Assembly: GCA_963700145.1 (NCBI GenBank)
Contig: OY969474.1
Location: forward strand, 960,001 to 1,024,000
Direction: 5' to 3'
Source of the DNA: an uncultured Acidobacteriota bacterium
Lineage (GTDB): Bacteria; Acidobacteriota; Thermoanaerobaculia; Multivoradales; UBA5704
Length of the DNA: 64,000 nt
The translations under genes were made by a program, and so were the position numbers. Position 1 is the stretch's first letter; each line of letters opens with the position of its first letter. The notes below the pieces were generated by a model. It had not been told where the DNA came from and did not search any database. It worked only from the letters and a program-made list of their open reading frames with translations. Positions 12,225 through 27,325 of the stretch are shown piece after piece.

Positions 12225-12789
12225 TCAGTTCCGACTGCCCGGCTTCTCGGGAGGAGTGCCGGCTCTACAGAGCGGACAGGCGTCGGACGAGTAGGTCGGG
12301 AGGTCGAGGGTCATCAGGGAGACGAGCGGCACCGGGAAGCCGTGGCGGCCGCCGCTGCGGTCGATGATCGCGCCCACCGCGACCGGCCGCGCGCCGCGCG
12401 CCTCCGCCACCGCGATCGTCTCGCGCGTGGAGCGACCCGTCGTGATGACGTCCTCCACCACCACGACCCGCTCCCCCGCCGCCAGCTCGAAGCCCCGCCG
12501 CAGCGCCATCGCCTCCCCCTGTCGCTCGGTGAAGCGGAAGGGGACGCCGAGCGCCGCCGCCGTCTCGTGGCCGACGATCAGCCCACCGAGCGCCGGCGAC
12601 AGCACCGAGTCGGGCCGGAAAGGCGCCAGGAGCGCCGCCAGCTCCTCCCCCACTCTTCGGGCCCGCGCCGGGACCTCGAGCAGCAGGGCGCACTGCACGT
12701 AGGCCGGCGAGTGGAGCCCCGAGGAGAGGAGGAAGTGGCCCCGCCGCAGCGCCCCGCTCTCTTCGAGCATCGCCCCGAGCGCAGCGACC

Positions 12790-12800
<11 letters not shown>
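12225..12800 (-). CDS. pyrE: Orotate phosphoribosyltransferase
   Basis: GHFLLSSGLHS, PRPP motif VVVVEDVITTGRS, IIDRS, CPLC tail. Confidence 0.95.
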
Positions 12801-14184
<1,384 letters not shown>

Positions 14185-14200
14185 GCGGCGAATCCTAACG

Positions 14201-14229
14201 AAAGAGGCCGGCCCTCGCGGACCGGCCTC
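14201..14229 (-). terminator. Probable intrinsic terminator after degP
   Basis: GAGGCCGG...CCGGCCTC stem followed by TTT on the minus strand. Confidence 0.55.
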
Positions 14230-14256
14230 CTGGTGAAGCGGGGTGGACGTGCCCGG

Positions 14257-15801
14257 TTACGGCACCCGCACCACCGCGAAGAACGGCTGCACGCGCCCGC
14301 CGCGCGGCGCGATGCGCAGGACGTAGAGCCGCAGGAAGGAGCCGGAGCGCGCCCCTTCGATGACCCGCTCGAAGTCGGCCACGCTCTTGACCTCCTGCCC
14401 GTTGACCTCGGCGATGACGTTGCCAGCGCGCACCCCTTCCTCGTAGAGCGGGCTGGTGGGGCCGACCTCGGTCACCCAGACGCCGTCCACCTCCTCGGGG
14501 ATGCCGTGGGTCTGGCGCAGCGGGTTGGAGAGGTCCTGGTACTCGAGCGCCAGCCAGTCGATCCGGCTGTCGCGCTCCTGCGGCCGCTCCTCCGCCGCCT
14601 GCTCGGCGCCCGGCCGCTCGCGCAGCTTGACGTCCTTCTGCAGGCGCTTGCCGTCGCGCAGCACCTCGAGCGTCACCGTCGCGTCCGGCCCCTTGGCCGA
14701 GACGTAGGTGATGAGGTCGCGGGTCGTCTTCACGGGCCGGCCGTCGACCCCGAGGATGATGTCGCCGTGGCGGATGCCGGCGTCGGCGGCGGGGGTGCCG
14801 TCCTCGACCCGCCCGACCAGGGCGCCTTCCGGCTTGTCGAGACCGAAGGCCTGGGCCGACTCGTAGTCGAGGTTGCCGATCTCGATGCCGAGGTAGCCGC
14901 GGCTCACCTTCCCCTTCTCGCGCAGCTGCGGCAGGATCTCCTTGAGGGTGTTGACCGGCACCGCGAAGCCGATGTTCTCGGCACCCCAGTTGATGGCGGT
15001 GGCGATGCCCACCACCTCGCCCTGCATGTTGACCAGCGGGCCGCCGGAGTTGCCGAAGTTGATCGCGGCGTCGGTCTGGATGAAGTTCTCGAAGGAGATG
15101 TCGCTGATGCCGAGCGACCGTCCCTTGGCACTGATGACGCCGGTGGTGACCGTCTTGTCCAGGTTGAGGGGGTTGCCGATCGCCATCACCCAGTCGCCCA
15201 CGCGCACGCCGTCGCTGTCGCCGAGCTCCAGGAAGCGGAGGCCGCGGCCGGCGTCGATCTTGAGCAGGGCGATGTCGGTGGCCGGGTCGGTGCCGCGGAC
15301 CGTCGCCGTGTAGTCGCGGTCGCCGAGGTGGACGCGCACCGAACTCGCCCCCTCGATGACGTGGTAGTTGGTGATCACCAGCCCGTCGGAGCTGATGACG
15401 AAGCCGCTGCCGCCGGCGTCGGAGCGGAACTCTCCGGGCCCGCCCTCTTCGCCTTCCTCCTCATCCTCCTCACCCGGAGACTGGGGGCCGCGGCGATCGC
15501 GGAAGAAGAAGTCGAAGGGGTCGAACTGCTGCGGCTGCTGCCGCCGGCCCCCCGGCGTGCGGGCGATGGTGGCGGCCTGGATCGAGACGATGGCCGGTTC
15601 GACGGCCTCCGCCAAGTCGGCGAAGCTCGGGAGGTTGCGCAACGGCGAGGCGGTGGCCGCCTGCGTGGCGGAGAGGGACATCTCGGGCGCGGTGATGCCG
15701 GGGGCGGTCATGTCCAGGCCGCCGGCGAGGACCATGCCGAAGGCAACCGCCCCCACGACAAGGAGGGCGGTGAGGAAGTTCCGACTGCGGGGGATGCTCA
15801 T
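14257..15801 (-). CDS. degP: Do/DegP family serine endoprotease with two PDZ domains
   Basis: GSGFVIS, TNYHV, TDIALLK, IQTDAAINFGNSGGPL, two PDZ domains. Confidence 0.94.
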   Translation of the reverse strand: MSIPRSRNFLTALLVVGAVAFGMVLAGGLDMTAPGITAPEMSLSATQAATASPLRNLPSFADLAEAVEPAIVSIQAATIARTPGGRRQQPQQFDPFDFFFRDRRGPQSPGEEDEEEGEEGGPGEFRSDAGGSGFVISSDGLVITNYHVIEGASSVRVHLGDRDYTATVRGTDPATDIALLKIDAGRGLRFLELGDSDGVRVGDWVMAIGNPLNLDKTVTTGVISAKGRSLGISDISFENFIQTDAAINFGNSGGPLVNMQGEVVGIATAINWGAENIGFAVPVNTLKEILPQLREKGKVSRGYLGIEIGNLDYESAQAFGLDKPEGALVGRVEDGTPAADAGIRHGDIILGVDGRPVKTTRDLITYVSAKGPDATVTLEVLRDGKRLQKDVKLRERPGAEQAAEERPQERDSRIDWLALEYQDLSNPLRQTHGIPEEVDGVWVTEVGPTSPLYEEGVRAGNVIAEVNGQEVKSVADFERVIEGARSGSFLRLYVLRIAPRGGRVQPFFAVVRVP

Positions 15802-15996
15802 GGCCGCTTGAATCTCCTTTCGGCGGTCGCCGATTCTGCTGCCGACTCTAAGGCCGGAAACCTCTTACGAAGCAAGTGCCTTGCCACCGCACGGACGGAG
15901 GAGAACGGAAGCTCCGCCGCGTCTTTTCATGCCGAATTGGCACCTGCTGCGAGCGCCGGCGGCAAGGGGGTGCCGTGGCTCCGCGCCCTGTGGCCC

Positions 15997-16025
15997 TTGA
16001 AGCGCGGCCCGCGCTCCGCTACACT
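15997..16025 (+). promoter_or_regulatory. Sigma-70 promoter of the rimP-nusA-infB operon
   Basis: TTGAAG-N17-TACACT. Confidence 0.7.
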
Positions 16026-16054
16026 ACCGCGGCCAGCTTGCCCGGACCGGGAAG

Positions 16055-16082
16055 AAAGTGGGCGTTGTTGCCCACTTTTTTT
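16055..16082 (+). promoter_or_regulatory. rimP leader terminator/attenuator hairpin
   Basis: AAAGTGGGC-GTTGTT-GCCCACTTTTTTT between the promoter and rimP, matching the widespread rimP leader. Confidence 0.8.
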
Positions 16083-16111
16083 GTTTGGGCCGGCGGGGTG
16101 CCGAAGAGACC

Positions 16112-16594
16112 GTGAACGAGGTCAAGGCGAAGAGCGCTCCAGGCCTGTCGCCGGAGCTGGTGGGCGAGTTCGAGCAGATCGCCGGCGGGGCCGGCTGCCA
16201 GCTCGAGCACGCCGAGTTCAAGGGGGGCGTGCTGCGGCTGATCCTGGACCGCCCCGAGGGAGGCGTCAACCTGAGCGATTGCGAGCAGGTCTCGAAGCAG
16301 GTCTCGGCCCTGCTCGACTTGGTGGACTTCGGAAAGGGCCGGTACACGCTGGAGGTCAGCTCGCCGGGCCTCGACCGCCCTCTCTACCGGCCGCGCGACT
16401 ACGCCCGGTTCACCGGGCGGCTGGCGCGGGTGAGCTACAGGGTGCCGGAGAGCGGCGCCAAACGGACGGTCGTCGGCCGCATCGAGGCCTTCGACCCGGA
16501 GCGCGAAGAGGTCGTGGTGGCCGCCGCCGGCGGCGAGCGCCTCCTCTTACACTTGCATGACATTCACGCGGCTCGACTGGAAGTCGAGCTCTAG
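16112..16594 (+). CDS. rimP: Ribosome maturation factor RimP
   Basis: LRLILD...DCEQVS...YTLEVSSPGLDRPL; GTG start inferred. Confidence 0.93.
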   Translation: MNEVKAKSAPGLSPELVGEFEQIAGGAGCQLEHAEFKGGVLRLILDRPEGGVNLSDCEQVSKQVSALLDLVDFGKGRYTLEVSSPGLDRPLYRPRDYARFTGRLARVSYRVPESGAKRTVVGRIEAFDPEREEVVVAAAGGERLLLHLHDIHAARLEVEL

Positions 16595-16605
16595 GAAGCG
16601 ACTTT

Positions 16606-18138
16606 ATGCCGACGGCAACGACAGCGGAGATCAACGTCAACGAGATCCTGCGCCAGGTAGCGCGGGAGAAGGACATCGACCTGGAGCGCTGGATAGCAGC
16701 GCTCGAGGACGCGATGGCCTCGGCGGCCAAGAAGCAGCACCGGATCAAGGAGCCGGTGCGGGCGCAGCTCGACCGCGACAGCGGCCACTTCGAGGCGTTC
16801 ATCGTCAAGAAGGTGGTCGAGACGGTCGAGGACCCGCTCGCCGAGTGGACGGTCGAAGAGGCGCGCGACCACAAGGAGGACGCCGAGGTCGGCGACGAGA
16901 TCCACCTCCCCATCTCCACCGAGGGCCTGGGGCGGATCGCCGCCCAGTCCGCCAAGCAGGTGCTCTACCAGCGGGTGCGCGAGGCCGAGCGCGAGAACAT
17001 CTACAACGAGTACATCGACCGTGTCGGCGAGGTGGTCAACGGCACCGTCAAGCGCTTCGAGCGCGGCGACATCATCGTCGACTTGGGCCGCACCGAGGCG
17101 GTGGTGCCGCGCAACGAGCAGGCCCGCCACGAGCGCTACAGCCAGGGCGAGCGCATCCGCGCCGTCATCGTCGAGGTGCACAAGCAGCCCAAGGGGCCGC
17201 AGGTCGTGCTCTCGCGCACCGACCCGCGCCTGCTGGCCAAGCTCTTCGAGATGGAGGTGCCCGAGATCTACGACGGCACGGTGATCATCAAGGCGGCGGT
17301 GCGCGCCCCCGGCGAGCGGGCCAAGGTGGCGGTCTACAGCCGCGAGCGGGACGTCGACCCGGTCGGCGCCTGCGTCGGCATGAAGGGGTCCCGCGTGCAG
17401 TCGATCATCCGCGAGCTGCGCGGCGAGAAGATCGACATCATCGAGTTCAGCGACGACCTGGTGACCTTCGCGCAGAGCGCGCTGGCGCCGGCCAAGATCA
17501 CCCGCGTCTCGGTGACCCACCAAGGCGAGGTCCCGCACCTCGACGTCATCGTCGAGGACGAGCAGCTCTCGCTGGCCATCGGCAAGCGCGGCCAGAACGT
17601 GCGCCTGGCCTCCGAGCTGATCGGCGCGCGGATCGACATCAAGAGCGAGACCGACGTCAAGGACGAAGTGGCCGACGCCCTGGCGCGCATGCTCCAGACC
17701 GCGCTCGGCGACCTCGGCGAAGGGCAGCCGGCGGCGGCCGAGCCGGACGTCTCCGGCTTCCCCGGCATCAGCGGCAAGACCGCCGAGAAGCTCAAGGAGG
17801 TCGGTCTCGGCACGATCGACGAGCTGCTCGCCGCCTCGGCCGAGCAGCTCACCGAGGTCGAGGGGGTGGGGCCCAAGACCGCGCAGTCGCTGCAGGCCTG
17901 GGCGCAAGAGCAGGGAGCCAAGCGGGAGCAGGGAGTGACGGAGACGTTCACCAAGCCGGAGCCGGAGCCGTCGATGGGCGACGACGCCTTCATGGCGGCG
18001 CTCTCGCGCGCCTTCCAGGAGAGCGAGCAGCAGCGCAGCACGCTCGCCGAGAAGACCGCGGAGGCGCAGGCGGATGCCGAGGCGCCGGCGGCCGACGAGC
18101 CGCAGGCCGAGACCGGAGAGGACCGGAGCGGCGAGTAG
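16606..18138 (+). CDS. nusA: Transcription termination factor NusA
   Basis: GRIAAQSAKQV, S1 domain, GACVGMKGSRV, AIGKRGQNVRLAS, C-terminal HhH. Confidence 0.97.
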   Translation: MPTATTAEINVNEILRQVAREKDIDLERWIAALEDAMASAAKKQHRIKEPVRAQLDRDSGHFEAFIVKKVVETVEDPLAEWTVEEARDHKEDAEVGDEIHLPISTEGLGRIAAQSAKQVLYQRVREAERENIYNEYIDRVGEVVNGTVKRFERGDIIVDLGRTEAVVPRNEQARHERYSQGERIRAVIVEVHKQPKGPQVVLSRTDPRLLAKLFEMEVPEIYDGTVIIKAAVRAPGERAKVAVYSRERDVDPVGACVGMKGSRVQSIIRELRGEKIDIIEFSDDLVTFAQSALAPAKITRVSVTHQGEVPHLDVIVEDEQLSLAIGKRGQNVRLASELIGARIDIKSETDVKDEVADALARMLQTALGDLGEGQPAAAEPDVSGFPGISGKTAEKLKEVGLGTIDELLAASAEQLTEVEGVGPKTAQSLQAWAQEQGAKREQGVTETFTKPEPEPSMGDDAFMAALSRAFQESEQQRSTLAEKTAEAQADAEAPAADEPQAETGEDRSGE

Positions 18139-18172
18139 CCGCTCCCGATTCACGGGGCGGTTCGAGGAGCTT

Positions 18173-20763
<2,591 letters not shown>

Positions 20764-20764
<1 letters not shown>

Positions 20765-21057
20765 TGGTCGTTGGCGTGGCCACCTTCGAGCTGCATATCC
20801 CGTCGGCGCGCAGCCTCAAGGACAAGCGGCGCGTGGTGAAGGCGCTCATCGAGCGGCTCCACCACCGCTACCGCTTGTCGATCGTCGAGAGCGACTACCA
20901 CGACCTCCACCAGCGGGCCGAGATCGGCCTGGCGGCGGTGGCGGTCTCCGCGGGGGAGCTGGAGCGGCTGCTCGAGGAGGTGCGCGGGATCGTGGACCAG
21001 GAAGTGGAGGCGTACGTCACGCGCTGGGACCCGCAGATCCTGGAGGCGACCGGATGA
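20764..21057 (+). CDS. DUF503 (YlxP) family protein
   Basis: SLKDKRRVVK motif, in its usual position between infB and rbfA. Confidence 0.88.
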
Positions 21058-21407
21058 GCCGGCGGACGCAGCGGGTGGCCGACGTCCTGCGCGGGGAGCT
21101 CTCGGACCTCCTCCTGCGGCAGGTGCACGACCCGCGGATCAAGCTGGTCTCGGTGACCGACGTGGACGTCTCGCCCGACCTCCGCCGCGCCGTGGTCAAG
21201 GTCTCGGTGCTGGGGGAGGACGAGGAGCGCACCGGCACGGTCGAGGCGCTGCAGCACGCCCGCGGCTTCCTGCGCCGCGAGCTGGCCCACCGCCTGCGGA
21301 TGCGCGTCACCCCCGAGCTCGTCTTCGAGCTCGACCGCGGCGCCGAGCACAGCCAGAAGATCGCCGAACTCTTGGAGAGCCTGCATGCCCGGGATGAAAG
21401 CTCCTGA
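21054..21407 (+). CDS. rbfA: Ribosome-binding factor A
   Basis: RTQRVAD...DPRI...VTDVDVSPDLR...RVTPELVF. Confidence 0.95.
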   Translation: MSRRTQRVADVLRGELSDLLLRQVHDPRIKLVSVTDVDVSPDLRRAVVKVSVLGEDEERTGTVEALQHARGFLRRELAHRLRMRVTPELVFELDRGAEHSQKIAELLESLHARDESS

Positions 21408-22362
21408 AGACCTGCTCCGCCGCATCCGGCAGGGCAACCGCTTCCTGCTGACCAGCCACGTCAACCCGGACGGCGACGCCATCGGCTCCGAGCTCGGGCT
21501 GGCGCGGGTGCTGCGCGGCCTGGGAAAGCTGGCCGTCGTCTGGAACCGCGACGTCTGCCCCACCGTCTACCACCCGCTCCCCGGCCGCGAGCGCATCCAC
21601 TGCGGCGAGGAGCCGCCGGCCGGTTTCCCCGAGAAGTTCGACGCCGTCATCGTCCTCGAGTGCCCGAGCCTCGACCGCACCGGCCTGGAGGCGCACCTCG
21701 GGACGCTGCCGCTGATCAACATCGACCACCACCTCGGCAACCAGCACTACGGCGCGGTCAACTGGGTGGACTCGGCGGCGCCGGCGGTGGGCGAGATGGT
21801 CTACCGGCTGGCGCAGGGGCTCAAGGCGGCGCTCGATCCGGAGACCGCGACCGCGCTCTACCTCACCCTGGTCACCGACACCGGCGGCTTCCGCTTCTCC
21901 AACGCCACCCCCGCCGCCTTCGAGGCGGCGGCGGCCCTGGTGCGCGAGGGCGCCCACCCCGAGCAGGTCTCGCAGTGGCTCTACGAGAGCCAGCCGCTGG
22001 CGGTGGTGCGCCTGCTCTGCCAGATGCTCAGCTCGCTCGAGCTGCACGAGGGCGGCCGGGTGGCCACCGCCACCTTGACCCCCGAGATGTTCGAGCGCGC
22101 CGGGGCGGCGGCGGGCGACGCCGAGGGGCTGATCGACGTGCCGCGCTCGATCGCCGGCGTCGAGGCGGTGGGCCTGGTGCGCCAGCGCCCCGACGGCACC
22201 CACAAGATCTCCCTGCGCAGCCGCGGCGAGGTCGACGTCGAGAAGATCGCCCGCCACCACGGCGGCGGCGGCCACCGCAACGCCGCCGGCTACACCCTCG
22301 AAGGCGACACCGACACGGTGCGCCGCGAGGTGGTCTCCGACTTGGTCGGCGCCCTCGCCTGA
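21394..22362 (+). CDS. nrnA: DHH/DHHA1 nanoRNase/pAp phosphatase
   Basis: HVNPDGDAIGS, IDHH, TDTGGF, SLRS, GGGGHRNAAG. Confidence 0.92.
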   Translation: MKAPEDLLRRIRQGNRFLLTSHVNPDGDAIGSELGLARVLRGLGKLAVVWNRDVCPTVYHPLPGRERIHCGEEPPAGFPEKFDAVIVLECPSLDRTGLEAHLGTLPLINIDHHLGNQHYGAVNWVDSAAPAVGEMVYRLAQGLKAALDPETATALYLTLVTDTGGFRFSNATPAAFEAAAALVREGAHPEQVSQWLYESQPLAVVRLLCQMLSSLELHEGGRVATATLTPEMFERAGAAAGDAEGLIDVPRSIAGVEAVGLVRQRPDGTHKISLRSRGEVDVEKIARHHGGGGHRNAAGYTLEGDTDTVRREVVSDLVGALA

Positions 22363-22376
22363 GCCCCCTCCCCTCC

Positions 22377-23303
22377 ATGCAGGACGGCCTCCTCCTCGTC
22401 GACAAGGACCCCGGCGGCACCTCGCACGACGTGGTGCAGCGGGTGCGCCGCCTGCTCAAGCAGAAGAAGGTCGGCCATTGCGGCACCCTCGACCCGGACG
22501 CGACCGGCCTCCTGCTGCTGACCCTCGGCTCCGCGACCCGGCTGACCCGCTTCCTGATCCGCGCCCCCAAGGTCTACGAAGGGACGCTCAAGCTGGGGGT
22601 CACGACCGACACCTACGACGCCACCGGCCGGGTGGTCGCCGAGGGACCGACCGAAGGCCTGACGACCGCGGCGGTGGCGGCGGCGATGGCCGGCTTCGAG
22701 GGCACCTCGGAGCAGCAGCCGCCCCCCTACTCGGCGAAGAAGGTGGGCGGGGTCAAGTACTACGAGCTGGCGCGGCGCGGGGAGGAGGTGCCGCAGGAGA
22801 CCAAGGAGGTCACGGTCTTCGACTTCAAGTCGCTGGGCGAGCTGTCCGAGGCGGACGCCGGCGGCGCCCGCAGCCTCCGCTTCCTCCTCTCCTGCTCCTC
22901 GGGGACCTACGCCCGCTCGCTGGCGCACGACGTCGGGCAGGCGCTGGGCTGCGGCGCCCACCTCGCCGCCCTCCGCCGCACCCAGATCGGCCCCTTCACG
23001 GTCGGCAGCGCGCTGTCGCACGCCGCCCTGGAGGCGCGGCTGAGCGCCGGCGAGGGGCCGGGGGAGGCCTGGGTGCCGTTCGACCAGATCCCGCTCCCCT
23101 TCGGCGAGGTGACCGCCGACCCGCAGCAGGAGCAGCGCATCCACCACGGCCAGACCGTCCTGGTGCGCGAGCTGGCCGGCGAGGAGGGGGACTGGGTGAA
23201 GCTCCTCAACCGCCGGCGGGAGCTGATCGCGGTCGGCACGGTCGTCGAGCGGATCGGCGCCGGCGGGGTCGGCGTCGTGCAGCCGAAAGTGGTGTTCCGC
23301 TAA
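22377..23303 (+). CDS. truB: tRNA pseudouridine(55) synthase
   Basis: LLVDK, TSHDVV, KVGHCGTLDP, PPYSAKK, CSSGTYARSL. Confidence 0.96.
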   Translation: MQDGLLLVDKDPGGTSHDVVQRVRRLLKQKKVGHCGTLDPDATGLLLLTLGSATRLTRFLIRAPKVYEGTLKLGVTTDTYDATGRVVAEGPTEGLTTAAVAAAMAGFEGTSEQQPPPYSAKKVGGVKYYELARRGEEVPQETKEVTVFDFKSLGELSEADAGGARSLRFLLSCSSGTYARSLAHDVGQALGCGAHLAALRRTQIGPFTVGSALSHAALEARLSAGEGPGEAWVPFDQIPLPFGEVTADPQQEQRIHHGQTVLVRELAGEEGDWVKLLNRRRELIAVGTVVERIGAGGVGVVQPKVVFR

Positions 23304-23329
23304 GGACTAAACAATCCCCCCGGGGCCTG

Positions 23330-23338
23330 TGCTACAAT
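23330..23338 (+). promoter_or_regulatory. Extended -10 promoter for rpsO
   Basis: TG-c-TACAAT about 50 nt upstream of rpsO. Confidence 0.55.
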
Positions 23339-23390
23339 CGGCCCGGGAAAAAAAGCGAAGAGAACGCGTAAAGCACAAGGAGAGAGCGTT

Positions 23391-23657
23391 TTGCAAGAGC
23401 GACAGAGCCGAGAGGGAGTGATCCAGGGCTACCGTGTCCACGACACCGACACGGGGTCCCCGGAGGTGCAGGTGGCCCTGCTCACCCACCGCATCACCGA
23501 GCTGACCGAGCACTTCAAGACCCACACCAAAGACCATCACAGCCGCCGCGGCCTGCTCAAGCTGGTCGGCCGCCGCCGCCGCTTGCTCGACTACCTGAAG
23601 GGGCAGGACCTCGAGCGCTACCGCACGACCATTGAGCGACTCGGGCTCCGCAAGTAG
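23391..23657 (+). CDS. rpsO: 30S ribosomal protein S15
   Basis: [31 protein letters not shown]; TTG start after AAGGAG. Confidence 0.96.
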   Translation: MQERQSREGVIQGYRVHDTDTGSPEVQVALLTHRITELTEHFKTHTKDHHSRRGLLKLVGRRRRLLDYLKGQDLERYRTTIERLGLRK

Positions 23658-23711
23658 TCCGGACCCCCACCTCAGGACGAACCGCCGCATCGCGGCCCGG
23701 TCCTAGACCCG

Positions 23712-23732
23712 GCGCGCCCGCTCGGGGCGCGC
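23712..23732 (+). promoter_or_regulatory. Hairpin in the rpsO-pnp spacer
   Basis: GCGCGCCC-GCTCG-GGGCGCGC stem. Role unverified; no U-tract. Confidence 0.35.
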
Positions 23733-23754
23733 AACAGAGAGAGAAACCACAACC

Positions 23755-26022
<2,268 letters not shown>

Positions 26023-26116
26023 GCCGTATTTCCGCAGTCTAGGGAATCCCCTAGGCGTCGAGCCTCACGAGGTTGTTCAGTTGGGAGGCTGGGGGTAGTC
26101 CTCCGAGAGCGGACGA

Positions 26117-26132
26117 TTTCTCCGCCCTTGCG
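26117..26132 (-). promoter_or_regulatory. Cluster box, divergent copy upstream of the SARP gene
   Basis: Reverse complement CGCAAGGGCGGAGAAA matches the repeated 16-bp motif. Confidence 0.45.
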
Positions 26133-26243
26133 CATTTGAGTCAAGGGGGTTGCGTCGCTCTTCAAAGTGCGTAAACTAGCAGCCTCTGTTTCGACGTGGG
26201 GCGAAGTGGGCCAGTCGGTGCTGGCCGGCTCGGAGGAATCTCC

Positions 26244-27224
26244 GTGCAGTTGCGAATCAGCCTCTTCAGCGGCGTCGAGGTCTCGCTCGGGTCGGTCGTG
26301 CAGCCGCGGTTCCCAACGCACAAATCGGCCGGCCTCTTCGCATTCCTGATCCTCCAGCGCGGCCGTTACCACCGCCGTGAGGCGCTGGCGGGGCGCTTCT
26401 GGAGCGAGCACCCCGAGGCCGACGCGCGCAAGGCCCTGCGCACCGAGCTCTGGCGCGTGCGCCAGGTCGTCGAGCCCGCCGGCGTCGCGCCGGGCACCTT
26501 CCTGCAGGGCGACGCCGCGCGCGTTGCCTTCAACGTCGGCTCCGACTACTGGCTCGACATCGAGGAGTTCGAGCGCAAGCTGACGCCGTTCGCGGCCGGG
26601 CGCGGCGAGAGCACCGCGTCGATGCCACTCGACGAGGTGCATGCCGCGCTCGACCTCTACCGCGGCGACCTCCTCGAGGGCCTCCACGAGGAATGGTGCC
26701 TCTACGAGCGGCAGCGGCTTTCGAGCCTGTACGTCAGCGCCACTCAGCGCCTTGTCGACCTACTGATCCAGCACGCCGAATGGGGGCGCGCGGTGGCCGA
26801 GGCGCAGCGCCTGCTCGCCTACGACCCGCTGATCGAGCGCGTGCACCGGCACGCCATGCGCAGCTACGCCGAGCTCGACAACCGCGCCGCGTTCGTCCGG
26901 CAGTACCACCTCTGCGCCGAGGTGCTGGGGCGGGAGCTGGGGGTGGAGCCGTCCGACGAGACGCGGACGCTCTACGAGAAGTTCCAGCGCCAGCGGCACT
27001 GGAACTCGAGAGGCGTCAGCGCGCCCGCGCAGTTCGCTGCCCCGACCGAGCGCAAGGACCCCGAGATGTCGAACGCGCTCAACGAGCTGCAAGACGCCAA
27101 GCGGCGTCTCGCCGGCGCCACGGCGCTGCTTCAGCACGCCATCGACACTGTCGAGCGTCTCACCGCGGTGAAGGTGTCGCCGCCGCCGCGCGCGCTTCCG
27201 GAGACGGTCTTGAGGCGCCGCTGA
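26244..27224 (+). CDS. SARP/AfsR-type activator (winged HTH + BTAD)
   Basis: LFAFL...REALAGRFW...ARKALRTELWRVR; BTAD: LDLYRGDLLEG...EEW...ERQRL, DPLIERVHR. RBS GGAGGA precedes GTG 26244. Confidence 0.9.
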   Translation: MQLRISLFSGVEVSLGSVVQPRFPTHKSAGLFAFLILQRGRYHRREALAGRFWSEHPEADARKALRTELWRVRQVVEPAGVAPGTFLQGDAARVAFNVGSDYWLDIEEFERKLTPFAAGRGESTASMPLDEVHAALDLYRGDLLEGLHEEWCLYERQRLSSLYVSATQRLVDLLIQHAEWGRAVAEAQRLLAYDPLIERVHRHAMRSYAELDNRAAFVRQYHLCAEVLGRELGVEPSDETRTLYEKFQRQRHWNSRGVSAPAQFAAPTERKDPEMSNALNELQDAKRRLAGATALLQHAIDTVERLTAVKVSPPPRALPETVLRRR

Positions 27225-27254
27225 GGCACTCTTGAGACTGCGGCGTTCTACAGT
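27199..27254 (+). promoter_or_regulatory. SARP-type heptamer repeats and -10 of the E3-E4-E5-PKSE operon
   Basis: CGGAGAC (27199), TTGAGGC (27210), CTGAGGC (27221), TTGAGAC (27232) at exact 11-bp period, then TACAGT at 27249. Confidence 0.7.
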
Positions 27255-27325
27255 CCTCACAGCAGCAGCGGCAGTACGAGAGAGGCAGCCACTCCGGGCT
27301 TCGCAGCGGCTGGGCGGCGGTAGGT

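Noticed and set aside
26033-26055. CGCAGTCTAGGGAATC partial match to the cluster box, and a CTAGGG/CCCTAG hairpin
   Set aside because: The 3' half does not match, there is no properly spaced -10, and the hairpin lacks a U-tract.
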